Notes under the pieces: generated by a model
What the model was told of the DNA's origin: nothing
Databases searched by the model: none
Seen by the model: only the letters and a program-made list of their open reading frames with translations
Position numbers and translations under genes: made by a program
From: Albugo candida
Lineage: Eukaryota
Length of the DNA stretch: 64,000 bases
Reading direction: 5' to 3'
NCBI GenBank assembly: GCA_040437565.1
Contig: JBDOQK010000020.1
Location: 248,001 to 312,000, forward strand
Shown: piece after piece, positions 44,479 to 55,900 of the stretch
Position numbering within the stretch: position 1 is the first letter of the stretch
Layout: every line of letters begins with the position of its first letter

Positions 44479-45086
44479 TTATGAAGTAGAAGGCTGGCCA
44501 TTATGAGCCTCTGGTACTTTGGGGATAAGTGTATTGATCACATCCGGATCCGAATTTGAATGCTTTTGAATATACTCAGCGAGTTTGTCTCTCACATCCT
44601 TCAAATTTGCAAGATTCTCCTGAGCTACCTTCTCAATTGTAACGTAGTCAACCAACGCTTGACTCACGCAAAAAAACAGATTAGTTAGTCACCTCAGATT
44701 CTAGTAACAGAAGTACATTATTTACCTTCAGGGGAGGAGAGATTTTTTTTATGCTTATCTTGCTTCAACTTGTATGCTTCTATAATATTTTCAATATCCT
44801 TCCTGGACTGATCGACTGCTCGGATTTTCTCGCTAAAAAACTGTTTTGTTTTCTCATTCTTTGCGAGGCCGCAATTTTCCAGCAGTTTGTCAAGCTCCAC
44901 ATCGTTGATTTCACCTTTAGTGTCCACATACTGCGATAGCTTAGGGGCATAGGTTTTATATAGGAGCGCGGAGATTTCTACGGCTGTGCGCGTTTCTGCC
45001 TCATTATTGCCCGCTGAGCACTGCGGACCCAAGTCAAGAGACATGAAGGCGATCACTGCCAAGCTTTTGATAACGATTCGAAGCAT
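44479..45086 (-). CDS. Small secreted protein, candidate effector (predicted 2 exons, ~179 aa), divergent paralog of 35240-35937
   Basis: Signal-peptide-like MLRIVIKSLAVIAFMSLDLGPQCSAG. A phase-1 intron 44725-44658 with a CTAAC branch site joins the ORFs at 44718-45134 and 44479-44667 in frame; the acceptor choice is uncertain. Confidence 0.7.
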
Positions 45087-46061
45087 CTTTGTGGATTGGT
45101 TGGATTCGATTTGGGTAGTTGAGAGAGTTTTCAAAAATGAGAAATTAATCTACCAGTTTTGTTTTCCCGCTCCATGAAGGAGTGGGACGAGGATGATAAA
45201 TCCACTTGTTCCATCTCCAAAAAAAAGTTCCAATAAATCAAAATTATCCACCAGTGGTACCTACGTTTACAATAAAATGCAATTCCATATAACACACTCT
45301 CCGAGTTGGGTTATCGAAGGCGGAATACATCGCCTGATATAATTAGCTCGTCATTTTTCATAGGCTTCCATCCTAGTGAGATTGCCTCTTGTCTCATTCA
45401 TCTTCCGAACTGAAAAGAGTATATCCGGGAGATGTGTCGTAGGGATGTGGTTAAACATATGGATTTTTTGCACACACGTCATCCCTTAGAACTAGGTGAG
45501 GGGATTTCCGCCCCTGTTTGTATATACAAGAGTCAAGTCATTTAAAAAAATCGATGAATCGTGAAGCGGATCAGCTTTGTGAAATCAGAAGGGACATCAC
45601 GGCTTCTTTTTTCTCAATTTCAAAGTCCAATAAATGGAAATTCATTTTCTTTCTCTCTATTTGAAAATTAAGATAACTTCGCGCGCGACCGGCTACTCAT
45701 CAAATCCTTGACAAATAGCTATCGACTTCTTGCATATTTCCTTTAGCCCGAAATAGTGCAAAGTTAGTGTGTATCCACTAAAGCTCGAAGTAGGATAAAA
45801 AAACTTCAATTTTTGATTTCAAATTTTTGGCTATGGATCATCTAACAAAAGGGATGCACACACAACGGTGGAAAATCATATTTTGGGATAAACAACGATT
45901 TGGGGCCCAGGGTTCCAGCCTCTAGTCAACGTATCATCCTGTCATTTATGATAACGGGAGGGTTTATAACGATTTGCGACGACGTTTGGGAAACTGATCG
46001 GATTCGATGTATAACCGATGTTTGGTGTATAACGGTTGCTTGCAAGTGTCCGTTATCTCAC

Positions 46062-46616
46062 ATGGCAACGGAACTTAAGAAAAAACTACCCGCCAAAGCT
46101 CGCAGACGAAAAGGCTTCGAAATCTCACAAGTTGGAGCGAACTGCGAAAGAGAATATACAGAATATGACGATGATGATGAGAATGTCGTGGGAGGAGATG
46201 TCAATTTGCTCAAACGTGGAGATCTAAGCGATAGCGGTAAGTTGACTTACGAGTAGATGCGTGCTTTACTGGAGATGTACAGTGAGAGACATGATGATTG
46301 GATTTGGCGATCATATGGAACCAATGGAGGAAAGCATTATTGTAATGCAGGATTTTGTGGTCGAGTACATCCAGTGCATGGTACGTTCATATGCGATGAA
46401 TCGCGATCGATACTGAGCAGCAAAATGTCGCCTCAGACCAAGAAAGCTGTCGACATCGCAACTGTGAAAGGAAAGCTCGACACGGAATGCTTCATTTTTC
46501 CGATTCGGAAGGATCATGAAACGTATGAAAGAGTGAAGGATTTACTGCAAGCCAATGGTGAACTGAAAGAAGTTTTGAACAGCGGCTTTGATCCAGCAGA
46601 CGAAAAAGTTTACTAA
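46062..46616 (+). CDS. TAF13: TFIID subunit TAF13 (3 exons)
   Basis: Introns 46237-46282 and 46381-46436 give VRDMMIGFGDHMEPMEESIIVMQDFVVEYIQCM-TKKAVDI...FIFPIRKD...RVKDLLQANGELK, the TAF13 histone-fold signature. Confidence 0.88.
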
Positions 46617-46741
46617 CACACTAATTAAAAGTCACTTCTTGCGATGTAATGCTTCCTCTGAATCGAACTTAATGTATTTCTTCATCGAATCTAAGCACCG
46701 AACCGATTGCTTCTTGGTTGGTGAGTATTCTCACCTTCCAA

Positions 46742-47648
46742 ATGGCCTTTGTGACGTTGACAAACATCACTGTCCTTGCAAATCCCACTGCGTTCACAAA
46801 CCCATTTCAATTCGAAGTCACATTTGAGTGCGCTCATGCTCTAGAAGACGGTATTCATCCGTTTAAAGCGCTTTATAACACTGACAAATTCGCGCAGATT
46901 TGGAGTGGAAAATCACATATGTAGGTAGCGCAGAGGATGAAAGCAGAGATCAAGTGCTCGAAGAAGTGCTTGTTGGACCCGTTCCTGTCGGTACAAATAA
47001 ATTCGTCTTTCAGGTAACGTGAATGCTTTTGGCGGAATGCTTCGTGCGGTCCATTTACGTCACTTGTCACAGTCGGAGCCACCGAATCCAGAAATGATAC
47101 CCGATTGCGATAAAATTGGCGTTACCGTCGTCCTTTTGACGTGTTCCTATCGATCAAAAGAATTCGTCCGCGTTGGGTACGTTGTATTCCGTGAAAGTGG
47201 ATGATTGTCGAACGATAAATCAAATTCATGTAGATATTATGTGAACAATGATTATGCAGATCCATTGATGCTTGAGAATCCGCCATCTACCGTGGATGTT
47301 AGCAAACTTCAGCGCAATATACTCGCTGATAAACCCCGTGTCACGAGATTTCCAATCGATTGGTCTTCAGGTGTTCCAGAAGACAATATGAATTGTGTCG
47401 ATCCGACAGGAATCTCCCAAGGAGCAAATAGCACTATAAAGCTGGACGCTGAGTTTGTGGACGAGGATCTTCTAAAAGCAGCAGCTCATTTGGATAGTGA
47501 TTATCCTGATATTGTTATTGACGGAGATGAAGGAATGGATTGGCTGGCAAATGATCAATTGGAAAATGAAGGAGATGACGAGGACATTGATCTCGAAGGT
47601 GATGAGACCATGGATCAAGACGAAGAAATTGATTTGGAGGAAGAATAG
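46742..47648 (+). CDS. ASF1: Histone chaperone ASF1 (4 exons, acidic tail)
   Basis: [49 protein letters not shown]...[30 protein letters not shown], then an Asp/Glu-rich tail. Confidence 0.97.
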
Positions 47649-47765
47649 ACGCACTTGATCAGAATATTGTAATATATACACGAGCACATCCCTCAGTAGA
47701 TCCTTCTGACTCCTTTGAGTTATCGTCATGCTTTGGATCAGATTGATTCAAACACTATCCGCGAC

Positions 47766-49004
47766 TCAACGTCTTGTGTAACAAGTGGAAAATCTCCGAT
47801 CAATAAAGCTCAATCCGAATGCGACCTCAATCTGCCGGACGACCAGTTTTGACCCATCACGATTCAGCAACAAACGAAAATGCCTGAGTGAATTCTCTGC
47901 ATCAATTTCTTCATGCGTTGCCTCTACCATCTCACACTTTAATCCAGCAGTTGTATGTGAGAAACTCTCCATCTCGCGCTTCTCGCAACATTGTCGAAGG
48001 CCGATTGCACGTACAAAGCACCAAACTGGCATACATTTTTCACCGAAAATGCCGACATCAAGTATGCAAGCCTCGTCCATTCTCGCCTCAAACGCATCGA
48101 GCTGGAAGCTCAAACACGGTCTCTTATGCAGCATCAGCGTCATATCACGACGTCCACCCTATAGAGTCAATATCAACAAATCATTCAAACGTTATAATTC
48201 TGCTGGAAGAACCTGGTCTTGTATGAGCCTGGCTGTAACAGTGTTGGAATCCTTTTCCAATGGAGCTTGAAATTCTACGTCATAAAAGTCTCTCTCCCAC
48301 AATACGTCGGAAAGATTTCGTACAGCGATGCAAAGTGTGTAAGAATGCAAGCCATATTTTGGGTCAATGTCATCGCATATCACAAGTACACGACGATGAC
48401 ATGCGTGATAGAGGCTCTCTATACGATGTGACAGCAGATGGAGTTGCAGAATCTCTAACGTCCGAGTCCAAACAATCGCAACGATACAGCTACTGTTCCA
48501 TGGTCCAACAGCGAGGGTGTACATGGAAATTCCGAGTCTCTCATTACTTACGACACGCTTCCAGCTTTTCAAGTGAAGCCTCTCCGACTTCCAGTATACC
48601 TGTGACGAAAGTGACCGCGCTGAAGTAATCTCAAGGTCTACGTATTTCAGCGTCGACAAAGCTCCTCCATCGTGCAAGACTGGAGATCCGAGGCTTTGAG
48701 CAAAAGTAATAGCGAGCGTGTGCGTCTTATTAGCGAATCGTAGATGCTCTGTCGCGCTTATGGTCGTTGATCGGCCGTTTATTCGCACTGCCAGCTGTGG
48801 ATGCAGCATTCTGTCCACCTTATCGAGCGTTTTCTGAATTGTATGAGGGAGAATCCGCTGGAAGACACATTCGATCCTTTTCTCTAAAATCGTGGTCTTT
48901 TCGGGCCCTGAACGACGAACGAGATTACAGCTTGGAGAAGCTTTAGCTTTCGCTGTCAAGACTCCAGTCGATCTGTAAGCATTCTCATTTTGATTGCCCC
49001 TCAT
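47766..49004 (-). CDS. FBXO15-like protein (C-terminal domain similarity; ends uncertain)
   Basis: DDIDPKYGLHSYTL and CILDVGIFGEKCMPVWCF resemble FBXO15 motifs as I recall them. A short GT-AG intron near 48160-48214 joins the two ORFs in frame. No F-box is evident. Confidence 0.55.
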
Positions 49005-49076
49005 GGTGATCGAAAGAGTCGTCCAAAGTTTTCACTAAACTCTTATCAAAAGTGACCCTTCTGAAGGAATCCGCGG

Positions 49077-50022
49077 TCAAAGTCCTATTTCTGGCTCTGA
49101 ATAAACGTGTTTCGCCTCGACACTGACAAGCGATTTTTGCTGCATAGAAACACGTTTGGAAAATGTCAGCCAGCATATCAGCATGAGCGTACCGGAAGAA
49201 TGGCTGCAGTCAAGCTCCGGCCGTAGCAGCATCCTGTGTCAAGGCCAGTGGCAAATTCTTCCAGCTGGAAACGTATTGAGCATTTGGAGATGAGAGAAGG
49301 CTAGTGAACGTACTTGTAATCCACGCTTGGCATCATGACCAAAGTAAACATGCTCAGGGCCTTTCCATTGCTTTGCCCACAAGCTCGTCGCTTCATTCTC
49401 TATTTCGCACTTCTCCAGAGCTTTCCACTTGATCTCATCAATTGTTGAGCCTTCTTGACGTTCTAGAAATCGCATCCTTGTCAAAACAACAGGATCTTGA
49501 TTTTGAAGCGCAAGGCCCGGAACCATTCCTGCATGCACTACCGCAACATTGTATTCGGGCAATGTGATTGTGAGTGGGAGATCACGCAAGAATTCCACAT
49601 CTTCAGATGAAAATTGTTTGACGTAATTGTATTTATCGGGTACATCCTCATCGTTTTTCCATCTCACATACGCAGCAAGAGCTGCTTCGTCGTGATTGCC
49701 TCGAACGGAGAGCATATTGGGGCTCCTACGAACGAATTGAAGGACCTGACAATCTCAGTGATCGGCGAATGTGATGAACGCAAACATACTTGTACAGAAT
49801 TGGGCCCTTTGTTCACTAGATCACCGACCAATATGATCAGATCGCGTTCCGGAGTAGCTTCACATTTCATCAGTAATTGCTGGAGTTCATCGAGACACCC
49901 ATGCACATCACCGACGAGAATCACTCGTTCATAGCCGCGTTCCGCTACCATAACCACCTGTCACATTGAGTCGTGAGCGGTGATATATAAAGACCGTTTG
50001 GGAGCACCTGATGCTGCGTCAT
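49077..50022 (-). CDS. ApaH-like (ALPH/Ppn2-type) metallophosphoesterase; multi-exon
   Basis: GDVHG, GDLVNKGP, VRGNHD, VHAG, YFGHDA, GLDTGCCYG..LTA across spliced exons; predicted last exon QKSLVSVEAKHVYSEPEIGL*. Confidence 0.88.
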
Positions 50023-50046
50023 ATATGCTTTCCCTGTATTCGCTGA

Positions 50047-52602
50047 TTAAATGGTTGGAGGGTGAGCACTGGGGGGCGTAAAAGAAGGATTTCGCTCGAG
50101 GTACACGCCTTCGACTCGAAGCATATGCGCCACTTTTTCCAATATGACATTCTCATCGAGCCCTTGCATACTCCAGGATTGTGTTGGATTTGGATGAAGT
50201 CTCCGTGATGAAAAGGAGGCGAAAGGCCTTCGTTTGGTCAATTGAGAAGTGATATCGTTGTTATTGAGGACTTTGGCTTCTTCGATGGGACAAAAGACCT
50301 GAAGACGAATACATTTCAATAGCTGGTGAGCTTCATCTACCACGAGTTCGATGGTGGTGTCCGATGGCGTTGCTGGGAACTGTGACTCAGTCCAGACAAA
50401 GATTTTCAGCTCGGAACGAGAATTTTTGTACTGGAATCGACCATACTCTATTTTCTTCATGCCCAGCAACCGATATAAATTGGTCACACTGATACGTTTG
50501 TCGACATTTGCGCGAACTGTTATTGAGGATGGCTGCATCTCGGCTTTGCGGCGAAAATATCGACCTGGAACTCGCCACATCCACCACAAAGAGCAAGCAC
50601 ATAGCACCAAATACATTAAGACGGTATAGATTCCAAGCCGTTTTCGAAACCAATCCACGAACCATTTCGATTCGGGTAGGGACGAATGGACTTGCACAAA
50701 GTGATCAAACAGCTCAAGCACGACGTTCCCGGCTAATATTGCCTGGATCATGTCCAAGCTGCTTTGTGCTTGACACCCAGAGTGTGATGTCTGGATGATG
50801 CGTAGCGTATTTTGCTGAATTTGTTTTGACACGGAGACTAGCTGTCCTCTGGTGACTGACTCGTATCTACTTTGAAGATTGTCTAATTCTGTTCGGAGTT
50901 TATCATTCAGTTTGATAGCGTCCGTGCACCGAATCAATATGTTGTCTTTCAACTCTTCCAGCGAGAGATGGTGATACAGAGTCTTTCCGGCTTGAATTTT
51001 AGGCTCGGGAGGGATCTTTAGATTCTGTAATGATTCCCATAAGAATTGAAGGCATTCGATTAACAGGATAATGGCTCCAGCTGCGTCACTCAGCGAAACT
51101 TTGGCTGAGGTCATTGTATTTGTATCGTGAGATTGTTCGATGGCTTCTTTCAGAACTTTGAGTGTATCACCGAGCTTGAACGTCCGAAGAAAGTAATAAC
51201 GAATGAATATATCACGGCTATGTAGTCCCATGTACGTTGTGATGATCGACTCGTACTTGTTCGCATTTGGGCCACAGAATAAACCGCCATTTCGACCTAG
51301 GAATAGCACATCATCTGAGCTGATATCGTACCCAGCAAATATCTCGCCGAGAACTTGCCTCAATTCATTCTCAAGATCACCTTTATCGAGATACTGATGC
51401 GCCGGGAGCTTGGGATGTATTCCTCGAGCCATAATCATGTTATACTTTATTCTCTGTTTCGCGTCGTCCATGTACAGCATCTTCAAAACACTGATCTGAT
51501 ACTGTGAGAGAAGATCACAGATAATATCGGAGGAATCCTGATGCACATCCACAAGTAAAAGCGTCAGTAAATTCAGTGGAATTGCTTCGTTCGTATGATC
51601 CATTATCGCGTCAACATTTACACCATAAAGTAGCTCACCAGTAACATGCAAATGTATTCCAAAGTTCTCCAGCTGGACGATACCTTCTTCTTGGGGGAAA
51701 TTAATCTCTGCCTCAAAATTGATCGAATTGATAGAATCAAAGTCCAGGATCTTCACTTGCGTCAAGCCGGGAGGTACCTCAAAGTAAGTTTTCGTTGGAT
51801 GCTCATCGATCTGAGAGCTGAATAAGCCTCCTTGGCATCGTTCCATCGCTCCGAGTCGTTCCTTTAGTGCTGAGATTTGATTTGCGCCGAATGGAATCCA
51901 TTCACCGACAAGCGCCACAATGTCTGATAAAATGATGCTATTTTTTGCATTTTGTGCTATGGTATTGCTCCGCCCGTGAGCTGACTCTAATGCGCGAGGT
52001 CTATTATCGCTTAAATCGATCCGATAGCTCGTGTTCGAGCGTAAGCACGGAGGAATGTACGGGCTCGAGACGTACGATACTTCCATTGACGCAGTGATAT
52101 TGCTCATTTTGCTGTATTTGTCTGCAAAAAGTATAAATTGTCCTTTGCTATATCGAATTTGCAAAAGATTATGGGAACTCGGAGCGTAAACGAAATGATT
52201 TACTTGGTCTATGAGATGTTTCGGCATTCTTATTAAAGCATTTTGGCCCTTACAGGAGACTCGGTACGCTGTTACGGGCTGGTAATCAATAGAGGTCAGT
52301 TTGATACCGCTAATGAATCCAATCTCCCACAAATGATCAAAAATGGACCGAGCTTGTTGTGATATACGAAGCCAGCGGCGTTCTGATAGATTACAGCTAG
52401 TTATCCAAGTGAGTGTAGACGAATATCTTAGTTCTAGTGCATTTGACTCGATTCCTTCGTACAGAATCACAAATAATGCGAGTTGGCGCATCCATTGCTG
52501 TTGCGTCTTTGGCGCAGTTGATTCCTGCGCGTATTTGCTGATAGCACATAGAATTATCCAGTGGTTTTCAGTCCACACATCTCTGATGCTCGTGTCAAAC
52601 AT
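50047..52602 (-). CDS. Uncharacterised 851-aa protein with long helical region and C-terminal hydrophobic segments
   Basis: Long uninterrupted ORF; coiled-coil-like stretch followed by two hydrophobic segments (DMIQAILAGNVVLELF; IYTVLMYLVLCACSLWWMW). An additional 5' exon is possible. Confidence 0.8.
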   Translation of the reverse strand: MFDTSIRDVWTENHWIILCAISKYAQESTAPKTQQQWMRQLALFVILYEGIESNALELRYSSTLTWITSCNLSERRWLRISQQARSIFDHLWEIGFISGIKLTSIDYQPVTAYRVSCKGQNALIRMPKHLIDQVNHFVYAPSSHNLLQIRYSKGQFILFADKYSKMSNITASMEVSYVSSPYIPPCLRSNTSYRIDLSDNRPRALESAHGRSNTIAQNAKNSIILSDIVALVGEWIPFGANQISALKERLGAMERCQGGLFSSQIDEHPTKTYFEVPPGLTQVKILDFDSINSINFEAEINFPQEEGIVQLENFGIHLHVTGELLYGVNVDAIMDHTNEAIPLNLLTLLLVDVHQDSSDIICDLLSQYQISVLKMLYMDDAKQRIKYNMIMARGIHPKLPAHQYLDKGDLENELRQVLGEIFAGYDISSDDVLFLGRNGGLFCGPNANKYESIITTYMGLHSRDIFIRYYFLRTFKLGDTLKVLKEAIEQSHDTNTMTSAKVSLSDAAGAIILLIECLQFLWESLQNLKIPPEPKIQAGKTLYHHLSLEELKDNILIRCTDAIKLNDKLRTELDNLQSRYESVTRGQLVSVSKQIQQNTLRIIQTSHSGCQAQSSLDMIQAILAGNVVLELFDHFVQVHSSLPESKWFVDWFRKRLGIYTVLMYLVLCACSLWWMWRVPGRYFRRKAEMQPSSITVRANVDKRISVTNLYRLLGMKKIEYGRFQYKNSRSELKIFVWTESQFPATPSDTTIELVVDEAHQLLKCIRLQVFCPIEEAKVLNNNDITSQLTKRRPFASFSSRRLHPNPTQSWSMQGLDENVILEKVAHMLRVEGVYLERNPSFTPPSAHPPTI

Positions 52603-52945
52603 TTGGAATCCGTCAGAGTTTTCGTGACGTTTAAAAACGACTAAAATTAGCGCATCGTATGGTCAACGAGAGCAATCGATTTATCATTAAACGAGTTGGA
52701 AGACTTATGCGGTTTTGAAGCTTAGCGGTAAATGCTTATGTCTATTCGCTAAAAAGTAGATTTTTAGACGATTGCGTGCGTGTAGCTGCCCGAAATTGGG
52801 ATGGAAACATATCTCTAGTATCATCGCATTTGCTGCGGACCCTGCTGTCGTTACTGACAAATAGCCTATAGTACTTTGCTACCTTTTAGACACAATAGCA
52901 TTATAGTATTTCCTCCAATTGCGATCTTTTCATTTGTATACAAAA

Positions 52946-55900
52946 ATGAGATCCTTTTCCATCGATTTTACCATTCGACTGCTTCACTCTTCTCTTCCTT
53001 TTTCACTCGAGCCAAAACGTGTCCGAGTGTGTGTTATTGGAAATGTACGAGAATTAGGCGAGTGGAATGGGTCGCACGCAGGTACAAAATACTGTAGCAT
53101 TTCATATGATGCTGATGCTCTTCTGCTGCAATAAGTGTCAATGCAGCTCGTTGAAGAATCCAAAAATGAGTCAACTTTTCTCGCACGGATCGAATTCCCC
53201 AATGAACCACGTCCCATCGAGTACAAATACATCGTCAAAGATGAAGATGAAATTGTGTGCTGGGAAACTATTCCAGGAAACCGAACTTTCAACGAATTTA
53301 ATGGAATGAATGTGGCAAAGTAAGTAAGTTTTGGTCTGCTTTAGTTAGTATCTCATTTTGCCGCAGGAATAAAGCTACAACTCAAAGTTCCATTCACAAG
53401 ACTCTGAATGGGCCACATCCAGGGGACCGGAATTCATCGCTTGGTAACAATGGGAATAGAAATGGATTCTATGAGTGGAACTGCTGTCGAACGACGCGAG
53501 AAGCGAATCCGTGGTGGCAAGTTGATTTAGACAAGGTTATGCGTACCTAACGAACAAGTCGGAGCATGTGCTGAGACAAACTTGTATAGATCTATCCAAT
53601 CTCTTCTCTCTGTTTGTGGAATGCTTTAACATATCATGAAATGTCTCGAGAACCAGCGTCTTTTGGACATCGATGGAAAACGTGGATGACCAGGCAACCT
53701 CGCATTTGGATCTTCATCTCCAAAGAGCCACTGCTTGGGTCACTCGAATCGTTGAAACAACGTGCAAGAGATTCAGATATCTATGGACAGCAGCTTGAAC
53801 CCGATGCATCCATTGATGATCGTGTGCATTTGATGAGGTTTTGTGATGGACAAAAAGTAGTAGATTCAGGCAAATGCTCATCCAAAACCGGTATTTGTGG
53901 ACAATTTGTACGAGTGCAAATGGAGAGTGAATCATCCGCTTTGCAGTTTGCTGAATTGGAAGTTTACGCAAGAGAGAATCGAGACGAAAAAGAAGCTTGT
54001 TTTAAGAGAGATGATGGGATTTTTGGTAATGGATGCACTCTGGAAGGCTCTTTGATGCTGAGAATCGATCATGACTGGCTGGATCCTGAGTCGAATAAAG
54101 TAGAACTGAGGCTACGGGTTGGAAGCTTGGATCATCTCAGCCCAGCTGTCCATTGGAATATAGAAAAGCAGGGTAATGCGCGATTCAGTTTCACTTTGTT
54201 GCAAAAAAGGATCAAGAAGACTCCGATGGCGTCCTCGCAGGAAAATGGTGCTTGGGAGGAAACTTTGCTGAGAGCTCAGGGCAACTACTCGGTTCATGCG
54301 GGCTCACAAAATCTCCTCGGAAAATTCAAGTCGTTTGTATCGAAAAATGACACTTCTCTACCCGCGTTCTTGAACAATATGGAGCGTGCAGATGAAAAGA
54401 AGTCTTCACCATCAGCCAAGATAGCCGACAAATGTGTTGAATCGCTGTCGCAATGGCTGTCACTGTGTTCGTGGAAGGACCAATTACGACCAGAACATTT
54501 AGTGAAATTGAATGGCGCTATCCGAGTGACTGAATATGGACCAAACGATGTTATTTTGCCATATGGCGAGCGAATATCGACAATTTGGTTTATTCGAACG
54601 GGTAAAGTTGACTTATATGGACCAGAGACGACAGATGGTGCCAAATTGCTTGGAACATTGAACCCCATGGAATGGTTCAATGAATTGGCTTTATTCGGTA
54701 CAACAGATCGGAAGTGTGCATCATTCAGAGCGCGCGACAATGTGACGTGCGAGTGTCTGTCTCAACAAGCGGTCATTGACATTATTGGGCTCGAAGTATT
54801 CTCGCAGTGCCGATCATTTCTCGTGAGAGAATTGAGTTACCGTAGGAAGCGTCCTTGCAATCATCAGGGCTCCAATGATCATCTATTGAGTGATCATCGC
54901 GGATATCTGTTCAAACTACAGCTTCCAAGCGGTCCATTTTCTCCATCCACAAATATAGCACAAACGGACTCATCCTTTCGCTTACGCCTCGATTTTCACG
55001 ACGAGGAGCGATACGTTGGTAGCAGCTTTATCCTTCCATCACAATTCAGCTCAAGGACGGAAGGAACCCTACGACTTCCAATCCTTGGATCCAACCATAC
55101 AGACGGAAATGCGCATCACACGCAATTCGCAGGAGAGGTTTCGGTTGATTATCTGCTCATCAAACCTTTCGTGGATGCTGATAATAATCTCAAGAATGTA
55201 TGGAGGAAGTACTGGCGTGAACGCCCACCTCTAAATATTGGTCATCGTGGGATGGGTCGATCATTTGCACAAGTCGACGGATTTCGAAATGCGCTGTTTC
55301 GTGAGAACTCACTAGCTTCGTTCATTTTGGCTGGTCGCAGTGGTGCTGATTTCGTGGAAGTTGACGTGCAGTTAACCAAGGATCAAATTCCGATTCTCTA
55401 TCACGATTTCACAGTCAAACTTGGATTAGAGGATCAACATGCTTGGTCTAAAGGGACTCGATCAGAAGAATGCGAGCTTGGGATCCATGAATTGACACTT
55501 CGACAGCTCACACGATGTGAGATAAAGCCAATGAAGAATGGTCAACGATCAGGAAACACTGGGAAGCTTCGAAAACGTATACAAAAGCACTGGAAGACCA
55601 TTACTGGAGGTAAATCTGCCATCAAGACAGATGAAGAGGAGAACGATAAAATCATCAGTTCTCATGGATCAACATCGAACTGTCTCTTTCCTCCACCGAC
55701 ACCAGAAACTTTTCTTCACGATTTATCAGCTTGTGAGAGTTTGGAGCATTTGGTCGATTTCTTTCCGCGTCTGGAAGATTTACTGCATTACGTTCCTGCA
55801 CACGTTGGTCTCAATATCGAAATTAAGTATCCTGAGTCTGTTTACAGGCAGCAGCTTCGAGAATTACAATTCTTCGAACTGAATCGGTATATCGATGCGA

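Noticed and set aside
45895-46060. TTGGGGCCCAG resembling a Copia PBS, and the ORF starting at 45900
   Set aside because: No LTR or gag follows; the downstream coding sequence is TAF13 starting at 46062.
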